Notes: generated from the letters alone by a model not told the origin. DNA of 64,000 nucleotides from Polyangiaceae bacterium (GCA_031400185.1 JANNPN010000255.1:1426-65425), one strand, 5' to 3'; positions 48,689 through 58,208 are shown, counted from the stretch's first letter. Numbers and translations are program-made.

Positions 48689-49135
48689 TTAGTGGCCCGA
48701 CTCGATCAGCTCCGCGATCGTGAACTGCGCCTCGTTCGTGCCTTTGGCGTCGCCGAAGTTGTAGTTCCAGACGAGCTTGGTCGCGACTAGCGGATCTTTC
48801 GTATCGATGAGCGGAAACGGCGCCCCCGCGACGTACCCTTCGAGCCGCCGCCCGTCGGGGGTGAGCCGCACCTGCGCATGATACTTCTCGGTCGCTTCCT
48901 TGTACGCCGGCGGCCATACGAGCGTCCGCGGCGCCACGATCCGCATGGGCAACCCATGCTGCACGCACCAATACAACCCGGGCGAAACGAGCTCCTTCAC
49001 CTTCTCCGCATTCCCCTTGCCGATGACGTCGCCAACTTCCACATCGGCGAACGCCGGGGCGCGAACGATCGCGATCAGCGAAACGAAAAGGAGCGCGACT
49101 CGGACCACGCTCCGATTCTCACGCCACGATCGCAC
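48689..49135 (-). CDS. Hypothetical secreted protein (148 aa)
   Basis: Signal peptide. No recognisable family. Confidence 0.45.
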   Translation of the reverse strand: MRSWRENRSVVRVALLFVSLIAIVRAPAFADVEVGDVIGKGNAEKVKELVSPGLYWCVQHGLPMRIVAPRTLVWPPAYKEATEKYHAQVRLTPDGRRLEGYVAGAPFPLIDTKDPLVATKLVWNYNFGDAKGTNEAQFTIAELIESGH

Positions 49136-49189
49136 CCAAGTCCAGCGCGAAGCGCGAGGACCATCCGTGACGGACCGGCGCGACCGCAG

Positions 49190-49468
49190 CTACGCGTGGC
49201 CGGCGGCTTCCAGGTCGACCAAGCAATACTCGGGCGTAAGCTCGAGATACTCCGCACGTGCCACGAGCCCATCGAGCCGCCGATAGACGAGACCTTCCGC
49301 GACCTGACCCCGCGGGTTCCGGAACCGGCGCCGCCGCGGGGGCTCTGCGACGATCCAGATCTCCGTCCCATTGTGCTCGGGGGCGACCCGCCAGGCGCCG
49401 TACTCTCCAGCGCGGACGCGGGCTTTACGAAGGAGGGTGGCTTGGGATTTCTCGCGTGCGTCGAGCAT
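49190..49468 (-). CDS. Hypothetical protein (about 93 aa)
   Basis: Coding-like ORF. Start set at the internal Met MLDAREKS. No motif recognised. Confidence 0.3.
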   Translation of the reverse strand: MLDAREKSQATLLRKARVRAGEYGAWRVAPEHNGTEIWIVAEPPRRRRFRNPRGQVAEGLVYRRLDGLVARAEYLELTPEYCLVDLEAAGHA

Positions 49469-49596
49469 AGCCGTCGCCAACGTGCATGACCGATGCCATG
49501 GGATCGAGGTAGGCAAATCGCGGAGTTTTCAGTAATTCCGGGCGGTCGGGGCGGCAAGAATTCGTCGCTCAGGGCGGTTTCTTGGCAGGAGGGGGA

Positions 49597-50565
49597 ATGG
49601 CGATCGGTCTCGGAGTCGTAGGTACGGGGAAGCACGGCGCACGTTACCTGAAGCACGTGGCCGACGTCCCGGCGCTTCGGCTCGCCGCGATCACGCGCCG
49701 CGACCGCGCGGCAGGGGAGGAGCAGGCCCGGGAAAACGGTTGCCGGTTCCACGCGACGCCCGCTGACCTGATCGCCGACCCGGCGGTCGACGCGGTTGCC
49801 CTCGTGGTCCCGCCGACGCTGAACGTCGACCTCGCGCTCCGCGTCGCACGCGCCGGGAAGCACCTCGTGATCGAGAAGCCCTTGGCGCCGACGGTCGCCG
49901 ACTGCCGGCGCATCGCCGACGCGGTCGCAGCCGCCGGTGTCACCGCGATGGTCGCCCACACGCTGCGCTTCAACCAGGTTGTCGTGGCGCTCCGCGACGC
50001 GTTGCCGTCCATCGGTCCTTTGCACGCGGCGGTGCTGACGCAACGCTTCGAGCCGTCCTCGCTCGTGTGGCTCGACCGGCGCAATGAAGCCGGTGGCGGC
50101 ATCGTCCTCCACACCGGCGTTCACTGCTTCGACCTGCTGCGCCACCTGACCGGGCGCGAGGCGGTGCGCGTGTCGGCGGTTGCCACCGCGGTCGCGACGC
50201 GTGACACCGAGGACAACTTCGCGGCGGCGATCGAGATGACGGACGGGCTCGTAGCGTCGATCGGCAGCTCGCGCGCCACGATCGGGCGGTCCGGCGGGAT
50301 CGAGCTCGCGGGACGGGACGGCCAGCTCGTGGGCGATCACGTACACGGCGCTGCCGCGCGGCTCGTCGGCACGACACGCACGCCGCTTCGGATGGGCGCA
50401 CCCGCGATGACGGTGGAGCTGACGTTGGCCGAGTTCGCTGCAGCCATTACCGCTCGCAGAGACCCGAGCATCACGCTCGCCGACGGCGGGAGCAGCGTCG
50501 CGCTCGCGGAGGCGTGCTACCGCGCTATGGCGAGCGGTCGCTCCGAGCCGGTCGCGCGCTGGTAG
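49597..50565 (+). CDS. Gfo/Idh/MocA family oxidoreductase
   Basis: Rossmann GVVGTGKHG. EKP motif (VIEKPLAPT). SD GGAGGGGG. Confidence 0.8.
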   Translation: MAIGLGVVGTGKHGARYLKHVADVPALRLAAITRRDRAAGEEQARENGCRFHATPADLIADPAVDAVALVVPPTLNVDLALRVARAGKHLVIEKPLAPTVADCRRIADAVAAAGVTAMVAHTLRFNQVVVALRDALPSIGPLHAAVLTQRFEPSSLVWLDRRNEAGGGIVLHTGVHCFDLLRHLTGREAVRVSAVATAVATRDTEDNFAAAIEMTDGLVASIGSSRATIGRSGGIELAGRDGQLVGDHVHGAAARLVGTTRTPLRMGAPAMTVELTLAEFAAAITARRDPSITLADGGSSVALAEACYRAMASGRSEPVARW

Positions 50566-50665
50566 ACATAAACGGCGGTGCCGTAGAGCTTTCGCTCGGC
50601 GGCACCGCCGGTGCCGGACTCCAAGCGTCCGGCGGCCATTCGACGACGATGTGCGACAGCCGACG

Positions 50666-51052
50666 TTACTCGGTCGTCGTGGTCGTTGTTTTGGTTTCCT
50701 TCCGAACGGACGGCTGCTTGGTCACTTTCGTGACGATCATGCGGTCGCCGTCTCGCGTATACGTGACGGTGACGGGCGAATCTTTGATCGTCTCGTACGT
50801 GACGGTCTTGCCCTGATCGTCGACGAACATCGTTTCCTTGTTGTAGGTGTAGGTCGAGGGGGCGGTCGCCGTTTCCGATCGCAGCACGATCGTCGACGAT
50901 GACGGATTCACCTCGGTGACCGTCCCTTGATAGGTCGTCGTCCTCTCGGTCGTCTTCTCGACCATGTCGGCGCGCAGTGGCGCCGCAGTCGCGAGACCAA
51001 GAGACAAAGCCAGGGTCGGTGCCAACATCACTCTTCCAAAGGTCATTCTCAT
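50666..51052 (-). CDS. Hypothetical secreted Thr-rich protein
   Basis: Signal peptide. Thr-rich beta-strand-like repeats. C-terminal KETKTTTTTTE. Lower-GC patch. RBS GGAGG. Confidence 0.5.
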   Translation of the reverse strand: MRMTFGRVMLAPTLALSLGLATAAPLRADMVEKTTERTTTYQGTVTEVNPSSSTIVLRSETATAPSTYTYNKETMFVDDQGKTVTYETIKDSPVTVTYTRDGDRMIVTKVTKQPSVRKETKTTTTTTE

Positions 51053-51416
51053 GATCCTCCTTGTGGGAAGTCACGAGCAGCGAGGTCCGTGCCAGCCCGT
51101 GGGCGAACGTAACCGCCTGATGCTGCTGACGATTGACCTCCGCGATGGCGAAAGCGCTCGCGTCGGCGTGTAGGTTCGCCCACGTCAGGGAGGTGTTTTC
51201 TACTTTTTGCCGGGTGGTCGAGGCAGGCAGAACGTCAGCGGCCACACCCGAGGTGGGACCGCGAGCCGGGGATCGTTCTCGGCCGGTCCTCCTTCGGGGG
51301 CGGTCCGGTATGTGACGTCCAACCCCAGACGGCGTTCGCGGAACGCCGCGACCCTCACGCGAGGAGGGAAGAAGATGAGTCCATGCGCGGGGTGCCGCCG
51401 CCGGCTATAACGGCAG

Positions 51417-51857
51417 GTGATGCGGAGCCGCTGCCGGTCAGTGCTCGTCGCGCTCGTCCTCGGCGTCGCCGTGTCCGCGGCCGGCGCCGCCGAGCCGCGT
51501 CCGAGTGCGGTGCCGAGCCCCGAGGACGCGACGACGCGCTGGAGCACGAAGCGGGTCTTCCGGGTGCACTACGACTCCACGCCGTCGCCGGTGCCTCTCC
51601 TCGCGCTCCATCAATGGACGATCGCGATCGCCGACGCCGACGCGCGTCCGGTGGACGGCGCGACGGTGACGGTGCTCGGCGGCATGCCCGCGCACGCGCA
51701 CGGACTCCCGACGGTGCCGACCGTGAAGGAGCTCGGGGGCGGGCGCTATCTCGTCGAAGGGCTCAAGTTCCACATGCCTGGCGCGTGGGTGGTGGCGTTC
51801 CGCATCAAGGCGGGTGCGCGCGTCGACTCGGTGAGCTTCCCGTTCGAGCTTCCGTGA
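51417..51857 (+). CDS. Hypothetical periplasmic protein co-transcribed with cytochrome c peroxidase (FixH/YtkA-like fold suspected)
   Basis: Signal peptide. His-rich segment MPAHAHGLP. The stop overlaps the CCP GTG start (GTGA). Confidence 0.5.
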   Translation: MMRSRCRSVLVALVLGVAVSAAGAAEPRPSAVPSPEDATTRWSTKRVFRVHYDSTPSPVPLLALHQWTIAIADADARPVDGATVTVLGGMPAHAHGLPTVPTVKELGGGRYLVEGLKFHMPGAWVVAFRIKAGARVDSVSFPFELP

Positions 51858-53008
51858 GCGTCCGCGTCGCGGTCGCGGTCGCCGTCACCGTCGTCGTCGC
51901 GGCGTCCGGGCCCGCTTCGGCCGCCGCCGACGCATACTCGCCGACCGAGCTGCGCGTGCTGCGCTCGCTCTGGATCGGCAGCCTGCCGCCGCTTCCCGAC
52001 GACCCGTCGAACGCGTACGACACCGATCCGCGCGCCGCCGCGCTCGGCCGCGCGATGTTTTTCGACGAGCGCTTCAGCAAGAGCGGAACGGTCGCGTGTG
52101 CGACCTGCCATCCGGAGCCCACGAGCTTCCAGGACCGGAAGCCGATCGCCGAGGGCGTCGGCCGGCTCACGCGGCGTTCGATGCCGCTGCTCGGGGTCGC
52201 CTACAACACGTGGTTCTTCTGGGACGGACGCAAGGACTCGCTCTGGGCGCAAGCGGCGACGCCGATCGAGAACCCGCTCGAGCACGGGCTCGCGCGGGCG
52301 GAGGTCGTCGACTACGTCGCGCGGTTGCGACGCGACGAGTACGAGGCGATTTTCGGCGCACTTCCGGCCGATCGGACGAGCGAGGCCGCGACGACGCGCG
52401 TGCTCGCGAACGTCGGCAAGGCGATCGCCGGCTTCGTGCGGTCGATCGTGCCGGGACCCGCGCGCTTCGACCGCTACGCGGTGGCGGTCCTGGCGGGCAG
52501 GGCGCCCGCGGCCGACGCGCGCCTCACGGCCGCGGAGGCGCGCGGGCTCCGCCTGTTCATCGGACGGGCGCGTTGCACCAACTGCCATGCCGGGCCGCTC
52601 TTCACGAACGGCGAGTTTCACTTCACGCGCGTGCCGCAGACCACCTCCGATCCCGGTCGCAGCGCCGCGATCGCGCTGGTCGAAGGCGACGAGCTGAACT
52701 GCCTCGGCCCCTTCAGCGACGCCGCCCCCGAGGCGTGCGGCGCGCTCCGCTTCCTCGACCGCGACACGCGCGACACGCTGCGCGCGTTCAAGACGCCGAC
52801 GCTTCGGAACGTCGCCGTCCGCGCGCCCTACATGAACGCCGGACAGCTCGCGACGCTCGCGGACGTGCTCCGGCTCTATCGCGATCGGAGCCACGGCTTG
52901 AAGGAGCTCGCGCACGGCGAGCTCACCGACGCGGAGCTCGGCGACCTCGAGGCCTTCCTCGGGACGCTGACGGGACCGGTGACGGCCCTCGGCCCGCCGG
53001 CGAGCTGA
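51854..53008 (+). CDS. Di-haem cytochrome c peroxidase (CCP/MauG family)
   Basis: Two haem-binding motifs, CATCH and CTNCH, with typical spacing. Signal peptide. Confidence 0.85.
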   Translation: MSVRVAVAVAVTVVVAASGPASAAADAYSPTELRVLRSLWIGSLPPLPDDPSNAYDTDPRAAALGRAMFFDERFSKSGTVACATCHPEPTSFQDRKPIAEGVGRLTRRSMPLLGVAYNTWFFWDGRKDSLWAQAATPIENPLEHGLARAEVVDYVARLRRDEYEAIFGALPADRTSEAATTRVLANVGKAIAGFVRSIVPGPARFDRYAVAVLAGRAPAADARLTAAEARGLRLFIGRARCTNCHAGPLFTNGEFHFTRVPQTTSDPGRSAAIALVEGDELNCLGPFSDAAPEACGALRFLDRDTRDTLRAFKTPTLRNVAVRAPYMNAGQLATLADVLRLYRDRSHGLKELAHGELTDAELGDLEAFLGTLTGPVTALGPPAS

Positions 53009-53621
53009 CGGTCAGGTAGCCCAGCAGGAGCCGCGTCACCTCGCGCGTGATCGCCCCCGACGCGAGGTCGTTGGGGCGCTCGACGACGGCCTCGTGGATC
53101 GTCGCCTCGACCGTGCGCACGACGAGGTAGGTCGCGAGGTCGAGGTCGCGGACGGCGATCTCGCGGCGCCGGCTGGTGAGGAGCGCCCGCACCCGCGCGA
53201 CCGTGCGCTGCTCGAACGCCGTCGAGGCGTCCGACGGCCCGAGCTGCGGCACCTCGGTGGACAGCACGCGGTGCAGCGCGGGGTCGATGAGATGCGCGGC
53301 GACGTTGGCGGCGATGACCGCGTGCACGATGACGGGGAGCGGCGCGTCGCCGACGCGCGCCATGACGGCATCGAGCCCGCGCTCGAGGTCGGCGATGTGG
53401 CGAACCTTCAGCTCGGCGAGCAGCGACTCCTTGTTCGGGAAGTACTGGTACAGCGAGCCGACGCTCACGCCCGCCGCGTCGGCGACGCGGTTGGTCGTGA
53501 AGGCGCCGTAGCCGTCGCGAACGAGAATGCGAGCAGCAGCGCCGACGATCGCGTCGACGGTCGCGTGCGAGCGGGCTTGCGAGGGCCGTTTGCGCGGCCG
53601 GGAGGCGTCGAGACGAGCCAT
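52923..53621 (-). CDS. TetR/AcrR family transcriptional regulator
   Basis: HTH GYGAFTTNRVADAAGVSVGSLYQYF. The C-terminal tail overlaps the CCP 3' end by 85 nt on the opposite strand. Confidence 0.75.
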   Translation of the reverse strand: MARLDASRPRKRPSQARSHATVDAIVGAAARILVRDGYGAFTTNRVADAAGVSVGSLYQYFPNKESLLAELKVRHIADLERGLDAVMARVGDAPLPVIVHAVIAANVAAHLIDPALHRVLSTEVPQLGPSDASTAFEQRTVARVRALLTSRRREIAVRDLDLATYLVVRTVEATIHEAVVERPNDLASGAITREVTRLLLGYLTVSSPAGRGPSPVPSASRGRPRGRRAPRR

Positions 53622-53646
53622 TGATCGAATGCGAGTTGAAAAATGT

Positions 53647-53658
53647 GAGCGATCGCTC
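53647..53658. promoter_or_regulatory. Perfect 12-bp palindrome GAGCGATCGCTC in the divergent TetR/O-methyltransferase promoter region
   Basis: Read directly from the sequence. Located between the TetR start (53621) and the OMT start (53691). Confidence 0.4.
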
Positions 53659-53690
53659 GTATTCTCTAGTCTCCCGAAAAGGAGGAGGCA

Positions 53691-54359
53691 ATGCCTGATG
53701 CTCTGAACGACCCACGCGTGATTGCGAGCCTCGACCGCCTGCACGAGGCGGCGAAGGGCGACCGCTGGGTGTTCCTGCGTGCCGCGCCCGCGGCGCTCTG
53801 GTCGGCCGCGACCGGCGGCTCGTTGCTCGAGGGTGTGACCCCGTACCTCAAGGACGCGTACATCCCGGTCACGCGCGACCAGGGAAAGTTCCTGTACCTC
53901 ACCGCGCGCTTGATCGGCGCTCGCACGATCGTCGAGTTCGGCACGTCGTTCGGGATCTCGGCGCTGTACCTCGCGTCGGCCGCGCGTGCGAACGGGGGAC
54001 GGTTCATCGGCACCGAGCGCGAGCCGCACAAGATCGCGGCCGCGCGCGCCAACCTCGCCGAGGCCGGCCTCGACGGCGTCGCGGAAGTGCGTGCGGGCGA
54101 CGCCATGGAGACGCTCGCCGACGTCCCGGCGCCGATCGACTTCGTGCTGCTCGACGGGTGGAAGGACGTCTACCTCCCGATGGTGCAGCTCCTCCGCCCG
54201 AAGCTCCGCAAAGGCGCCGCCGTGCTCGCCGACAACATCTTCACGTTCCCGAAGGAGCTCGCCTCGTACGTCGCCTTCGTCCGCGACCCCGTCAACGGCT
54301 TCGAGTCGACGACCGTCGCCCTCGGGCACGGGCTCGAGTACTCGGTCGTCGTTGCATGA
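53691..54359 (+). CDS. Class I SAM-dependent O-methyltransferase (family 3, caffeoyl-CoA OMT-like)
   Basis: Motifs VEFGTSFGISALYLA and the LLDGWKDVY metal/substrate region. SD AAAGGAGGAGG. Confidence 0.8.
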   Translation: MPDALNDPRVIASLDRLHEAAKGDRWVFLRAAPAALWSAATGGSLLEGVTPYLKDAYIPVTRDQGKFLYLTARLIGARTIVEFGTSFGISALYLASAARANGGRFIGTEREPHKIAAARANLAEAGLDGVAEVRAGDAMETLADVPAPIDFVLLDGWKDVYLPMVQLLRPKLRKGAAVLADNIFTFPKELASYVAFVRDPVNGFESTTVALGHGLEYSVVVA

Positions 54360-54691
54360 GTCGCGACAAGGAGAAGGCGCGCCGCGCGTCGGCGCATCCC
54401 GATCGGCCGGGCGAGCAGTGCAAGGCGCCACCGGGCACCTGGCAACCGGTCGTCGACCACGCGCGCTGCGAGGGCAAGCGCGATTGCGTCGACGTCTGCC
54501 CCTACGACGTTTTCGAGGTGCGCCGGATCGACGACGCCGACTTCCAGGCGCTCTCGTGGTTCTCGCGCGCGCGGGTCTTCGTGCACCGCATGCAGACGGC
54601 GTACACGCCGCGCGCTTCGGCGTGCCAGGCGTGCGGCCTCTGCGTGGTGGCGTGCCCGGAGGACGCGATCAGGCTCGTGCGACGATCGTGA
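54356..54691 (+). CDS. Small 4Fe-4S dicluster ferredoxin
   Basis: ATG overlaps the OMT stop (ATGA). CxxCxxxCP-like motifs (CEGKRDCVDVCP; CQACGLCVVACP). Confidence 0.6.
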   Translation: MSRDKEKARRASAHPDRPGEQCKAPPGTWQPVVDHARCEGKRDCVDVCPYDVFEVRRIDDADFQALSWFSRARVFVHRMQTAYTPRASACQACGLCVVACPEDAIRLVRRS

Positions 54692-56339
54692 CGCGACCGG
54701 CGTCCGCATCGATGCCGACCTGGTCGCCGTCGCGGATGAGGCGGGTCGCGTTCGTCACCCCGACGAGCGCCGGGATGCCGAGCTCGCGGGCGACGATCGC
54801 GCCGTGGGAGAGCACGCCGCCGGCTTCGAGGACGAGGCCGGCGGCGCGCTCGAGCACCGACGTCCAGCCGGGATCCGTGTAGACGGCGACCAGCACGTCG
54901 CCGTTCGCGACCCGCTCGAAGTCGGCGGGGCCGCGGACGATGCGCGCCGGCCCTTCGCAGCGGCCGGGCGCGCCGACCTCGCCCGTGAGCGCGCCGCCGG
55001 CAGGGGCGCTGGAAGGTCCGATCGCCACGTCGAGGGTCTCGGGCGGCGGTGTCGTCGCATCGCGGGCCGCGGCGGCGCGGCGCTCCGCGATGCGCGCGGC
55101 AATGGCCTCGGGGTTTTCGGCGGCGTGTCCGAGCTCCTCGACGTCGAGCCAGAACACGTCGTCAGGACGCGCGAGCACGCCGCGCCGCGCGAGGTCGGCG
55201 CCGAATGCGAGTACGATCTGTCGCAGGCGCGCCAGGAAGAAGTCGGCGTGGTAGCGCATGTTCTCGCGTAGCGCGTAGTACCGCTGCGCCTGCTCGAGAA
55301 CCTTCCGCAAGACGGCGCGCCGGGCGGCGGCGAGCGGACCGCTCCCGAGCGCGGCCTCCATCCGCTCGGTCGCGACGAGGCGGCGGTTGACCACGGCCGC
55401 ACGATCGAGCGCCGCGTCGGTTCCGGCCGCGAGCGCCAGCTCGACCACCATGGCCGGCGACTCGGCCCACGTCGGGCAGGAGAGATCGCGCCCGGTCAGG
55501 CGATGCCCGTGCTGCTCGAGGAAACGACGGAACGCCCGGCCGGCTGTGCCTTCGTCGCGGGCGAGGATCGTCGCGGCGGTCCCGGGCTCGTGGGCGGCGA
55601 GCGCGGCGGCGATCGCCGGGTCGCTCCGGAGGAGGCGCGCCAGCGTGTGGAGGTCGTAGTGTGCCTCGAGCGACGCGACCCCGGGGATGCCGATCGTGAG
55701 CGCCGCGTGCTCGGCGGTGAGGCGGGGTGCCCAACGGTGGGCGAGCTCCTGCAGCAGGTGGAAGAAGACGTAGGCGAAGACCACCCCCCAGCTCACGACG
55801 TCGAGATAGTGACCGAGCCGCTCCGAGACGTGGACGAGCTCTTCACGGAGCTCGGCCTCGGATGGTTCGGCGCCGAACGTCCCACGTTTTTGGAAGCCGC
55901 GGCGGATCTCGACGCATTCGCGGTCGAACGCCTCCGCCCGCTGCCACGGCGACCAGCTCGGCTCGTTCCGCCAGGCGCGCTCGGCAATCGCGAGTGCCTG
56001 CACGATCCCGCCGAGCCACGATGCCCAGCCGCCGACCCGCGCCCGGGCGGCGTTGGGGAGGAGCCGGAGCAGGCCCTCGCTCTGGAGGCCCGTCGGGAGG
56101 AGCCGGATCGCTTCCGCGAGGAGGGTCGCGTTCACGTAGACGTGGCTCGCGTGGTGGCGGAAGACCGGCAGCTCCGCGAGCGGGTCGAGCCCCGCGGTCT
56201 TGAGCGGTCGGCGGACCATGTGATCGGCCATGGGCTCGGCGAGGAGCGAGTAGGTCAGCGGCGTCACCGAGCCGCTCCAGAGCTCATCGGCGAGCCGGCG
56301 GGTCCAGATCGGCGGCGGAGTCGAAAAGGTAGTTGACAC
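54669..56339 (-). CDS. PEP-utilising-enzyme mobile-domain protein (PEP synthase/PPDK-like phosphohistidine domain) with unknown N-terminal domain
   Basis: C-terminal motif GGVLSHGAIVARELGIPALVG with the catalytic His. About 450-aa N-terminal region without ATP-grasp signatures. Confidence 0.7.
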   Translation of the reverse strand: MSTTFSTPPPIWTRRLADELWSGSVTPLTYSLLAEPMADHMVRRPLKTAGLDPLAELPVFRHHASHVYVNATLLAEAIRLLPTGLQSEGLLRLLPNAARARVGGWASWLGGIVQALAIAERAWRNEPSWSPWQRAEAFDRECVEIRRGFQKRGTFGAEPSEAELREELVHVSERLGHYLDVVSWGVVFAYVFFHLLQELAHRWAPRLTAEHAALTIGIPGVASLEAHYDLHTLARLLRSDPAIAAALAAHEPGTAATILARDEGTAGRAFRRFLEQHGHRLTGRDLSCPTWAESPAMVVELALAAGTDAALDRAAVVNRRLVATERMEAALGSGPLAAARRAVLRKVLEQAQRYYALRENMRYHADFFLARLRQIVLAFGADLARRGVLARPDDVFWLDVEELGHAAENPEAIAARIAERRAAAARDATTPPPETLDVAIGPSSAPAGGALTGEVGAPGRCEGPARIVRGPADFERVANGDVLVAVYTDPGWTSVLERAAGLVLEAGGVLSHGAIVARELGIPALVGVTNATRLIRDGDQVGIDADAGRVTIVARA

Positions 56340-56359
56340 TACAGGGCTATCCGCGTAGC

Positions 56360-56377
56360 ACTGAATCGCGATTCAGT
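56360..56377. promoter_or_regulatory. Perfect 18-bp palindrome ACTGAATCGCGATTCAGT (candidate TetR operator) in the divergent intergenic region
   Basis: Read directly from the sequence. A second imperfect palindrome, CAGTTCTGAACTG, follows immediately. Confidence 0.5.
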
Positions 56378-56401
56378 TCTGAACTGATATTCACAAACCC
56401 C

Positions 56402-57031
56402 ATGCCGACTCGTACAGCGATGGTCACCGATCTGAATGACCTGAGCCGTCAGGATCGCCGGCGCGCGAAGACCCGGGGTCAGCTCCTCCAGGCCGCCAAG
56501 CGCCTCCTCTCCACCAAGGGTTTCCACGGCACCAAGATCGCCGACATCGCGGCGGCGGCGGACGTCGGGACGGGCACCTTCTATCTGTACTTTCCGACGA
56601 AGGACGCCCTCTTCGCCGACCTCGTCCGCGAGACCGCGCTCGCCGCCAAGGAGGCGATGGATGCCGCGAAGGCCGCCCACACCGACCCGGTCGCGCGTGC
56701 CCGCGTCGGCGGTGCGACGTTCTTCCGCTTCGCCGCCGACAACCGCGACGTCTTCCGGATCCTCTTCGGCCACAGCTCGCAGTTCGACGAGCTCCTCCGC
56801 GAGGTGCATCGGATCTTCATCGCCGACATCGAAGCCGACTTCGCGGCAGGTGTGCGGGTTGGCGCCTTTCGCGATCTCCTGCCCGCGTTCGCGGCCCAAG
56901 CGATCGTCGGCATGCTCTCGCAAGTCACGTCCTGGTGGCTCGATCACCAGGAGATTTCCATCGAAGACATCACGTTCATGACCCACCGCATGCTCACGCA
57001 GGGCACGACGGTGCAAGGAGAACCCCAATGA
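56402..57031 (+). CDS. TetR/AcrR family transcriptional regulator
   Basis: HTH GFHGTKIADIAAAADVGTGTFYLYF. Start at MPTRTAMVTD. Confidence 0.75.
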   Translation: MPTRTAMVTDLNDLSRQDRRRAKTRGQLLQAAKRLLSTKGFHGTKIADIAAAADVGTGTFYLYFPTKDALFADLVRETALAAKEAMDAAKAAHTDPVARARVGGATFFRFAADNRDVFRILFGHSSQFDELLREVHRIFIADIEADFAAGVRVGAFRDLLPAFAAQAIVGMLSQVTSWWLDHQEISIEDITFMTHRMLTQGTTVQGEPQ

Positions 57032-58032
57032 CCGAGCCCGCCCTCGCCATCAGCAGTCTCGAAGCGGTGGAGGACTTCACCGAGAAGCTCTCGACCACCT
57101 TCGACACCTGCTACACCTGGAGCTACGACACGTTTCGCACCGGCCTCCGCAATCTCTACGACAAGGCCAAGCAGAACCAGTGGGACCAGGCGACGGCGCT
57201 CGATTGGTCGATCGACGTCGACCCCGAGGCGGAGAACCTCCCGGACATGAACAACCCGCTCTACGGGACGCGCCTCTGGGACAAGTTCACCGAGCGCGAG
57301 ATCCGGAAGTTCCGCATGGAGCAGCTCTCGTGGAGCCTCTCGCAGTTCCTCCACGGCGAGCAGGGCGCGCTCCTCGCGACCGCGCAGATCGTCGACGCGG
57401 TGCCGTGGATCGAGGCCAAGTACTACGCCGCGACCCAGGTCATGGACGAGGCCCGTCACGTCGAGACCTACGACCACTACCTCCGCGACAAGATCAAGAA
57501 AGAGTACCCGATCAACAAGCATCTGAAGACGCTACTCGACCAGATCCTCACCGACTCGCGCTGGGACATGAAGTATCTCGGCATGCAGATCATGGTGGAG
57601 GGGCTCGCCATGGCCGCCTTCGGCCTCATGGAGAAGTTCTCGAACGAGCCGCTCCTGAAGACGATGACCCAGTACATCATGCGCGACGAGTCGCGCCACG
57701 TCGCCTTCGGCGTGCTCTCGCTCGAGGGCGTCTACAAGGAGCTGAACGAGCGCGAGATGCGCGAGCGCGAGGAGTTCACCTACGAGGGCTGCCGCCTCAT
57801 GCGTGATCGCCTCTACGCCGTCGAGGTGTGGCAGGAGATGGGCCTCCCGATCGACGAGACCAAAGAGATCGTCATGAGCTCCGAGATCATGCGCGAGTTC
57901 CAGAAGATGCTGTTCTCGAAGGTGGTGCCGAACTGCAAGCGTCTCGGGCTCCTGACGCCGTGGCTCCGCGAGCGCTTCCACGAGCTCGACATCCTGAAGT
58001 TCGAGCACCTGGCGTCGAGCGTCGACGAGTAG
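57028..58032 (+). CDS. Ferritin-like diiron-carboxylate oxygenase (AurF/CmlI N-oxygenase-like or related class I diiron family)
   Basis: ATG overlaps the TetR stop (ATGA). Ligand pattern E...ExxH...E...ExxH (DEARH, EGLAM, DESRH). Local GC about 55-60%. Confidence 0.7.
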   Translation: MTEPALAISSLEAVEDFTEKLSTTFDTCYTWSYDTFRTGLRNLYDKAKQNQWDQATALDWSIDVDPEAENLPDMNNPLYGTRLWDKFTEREIRKFRMEQLSWSLSQFLHGEQGALLATAQIVDAVPWIEAKYYAATQVMDEARHVETYDHYLRDKIKKEYPINKHLKTLLDQILTDSRWDMKYLGMQIMVEGLAMAAFGLMEKFSNEPLLKTMTQYIMRDESRHVAFGVLSLEGVYKELNEREMREREEFTYEGCRLMRDRLYAVEVWQEMGLPIDETKEIVMSSEIMREFQKMLFSKVVPNCKRLGLLTPWLRERFHELDILKFEHLASSVDE

Positions 58033-58208
58033 CGTTCAGCGGTAGGCCAGGATCGGTCACGGCCACGGCAGTCATGCTGTGGTGGACGGGCGGCTCGAAG
58101 CGTTGGGCAGTCGCAGTCCTACTGTCCCAGGTTGGTGCAGCAATTCGTGCGCGTGCCCTGGAAGAGACGACACCTCGGTCGGTATGAAACGCCGATCGAG
58201 GTCTCGCC

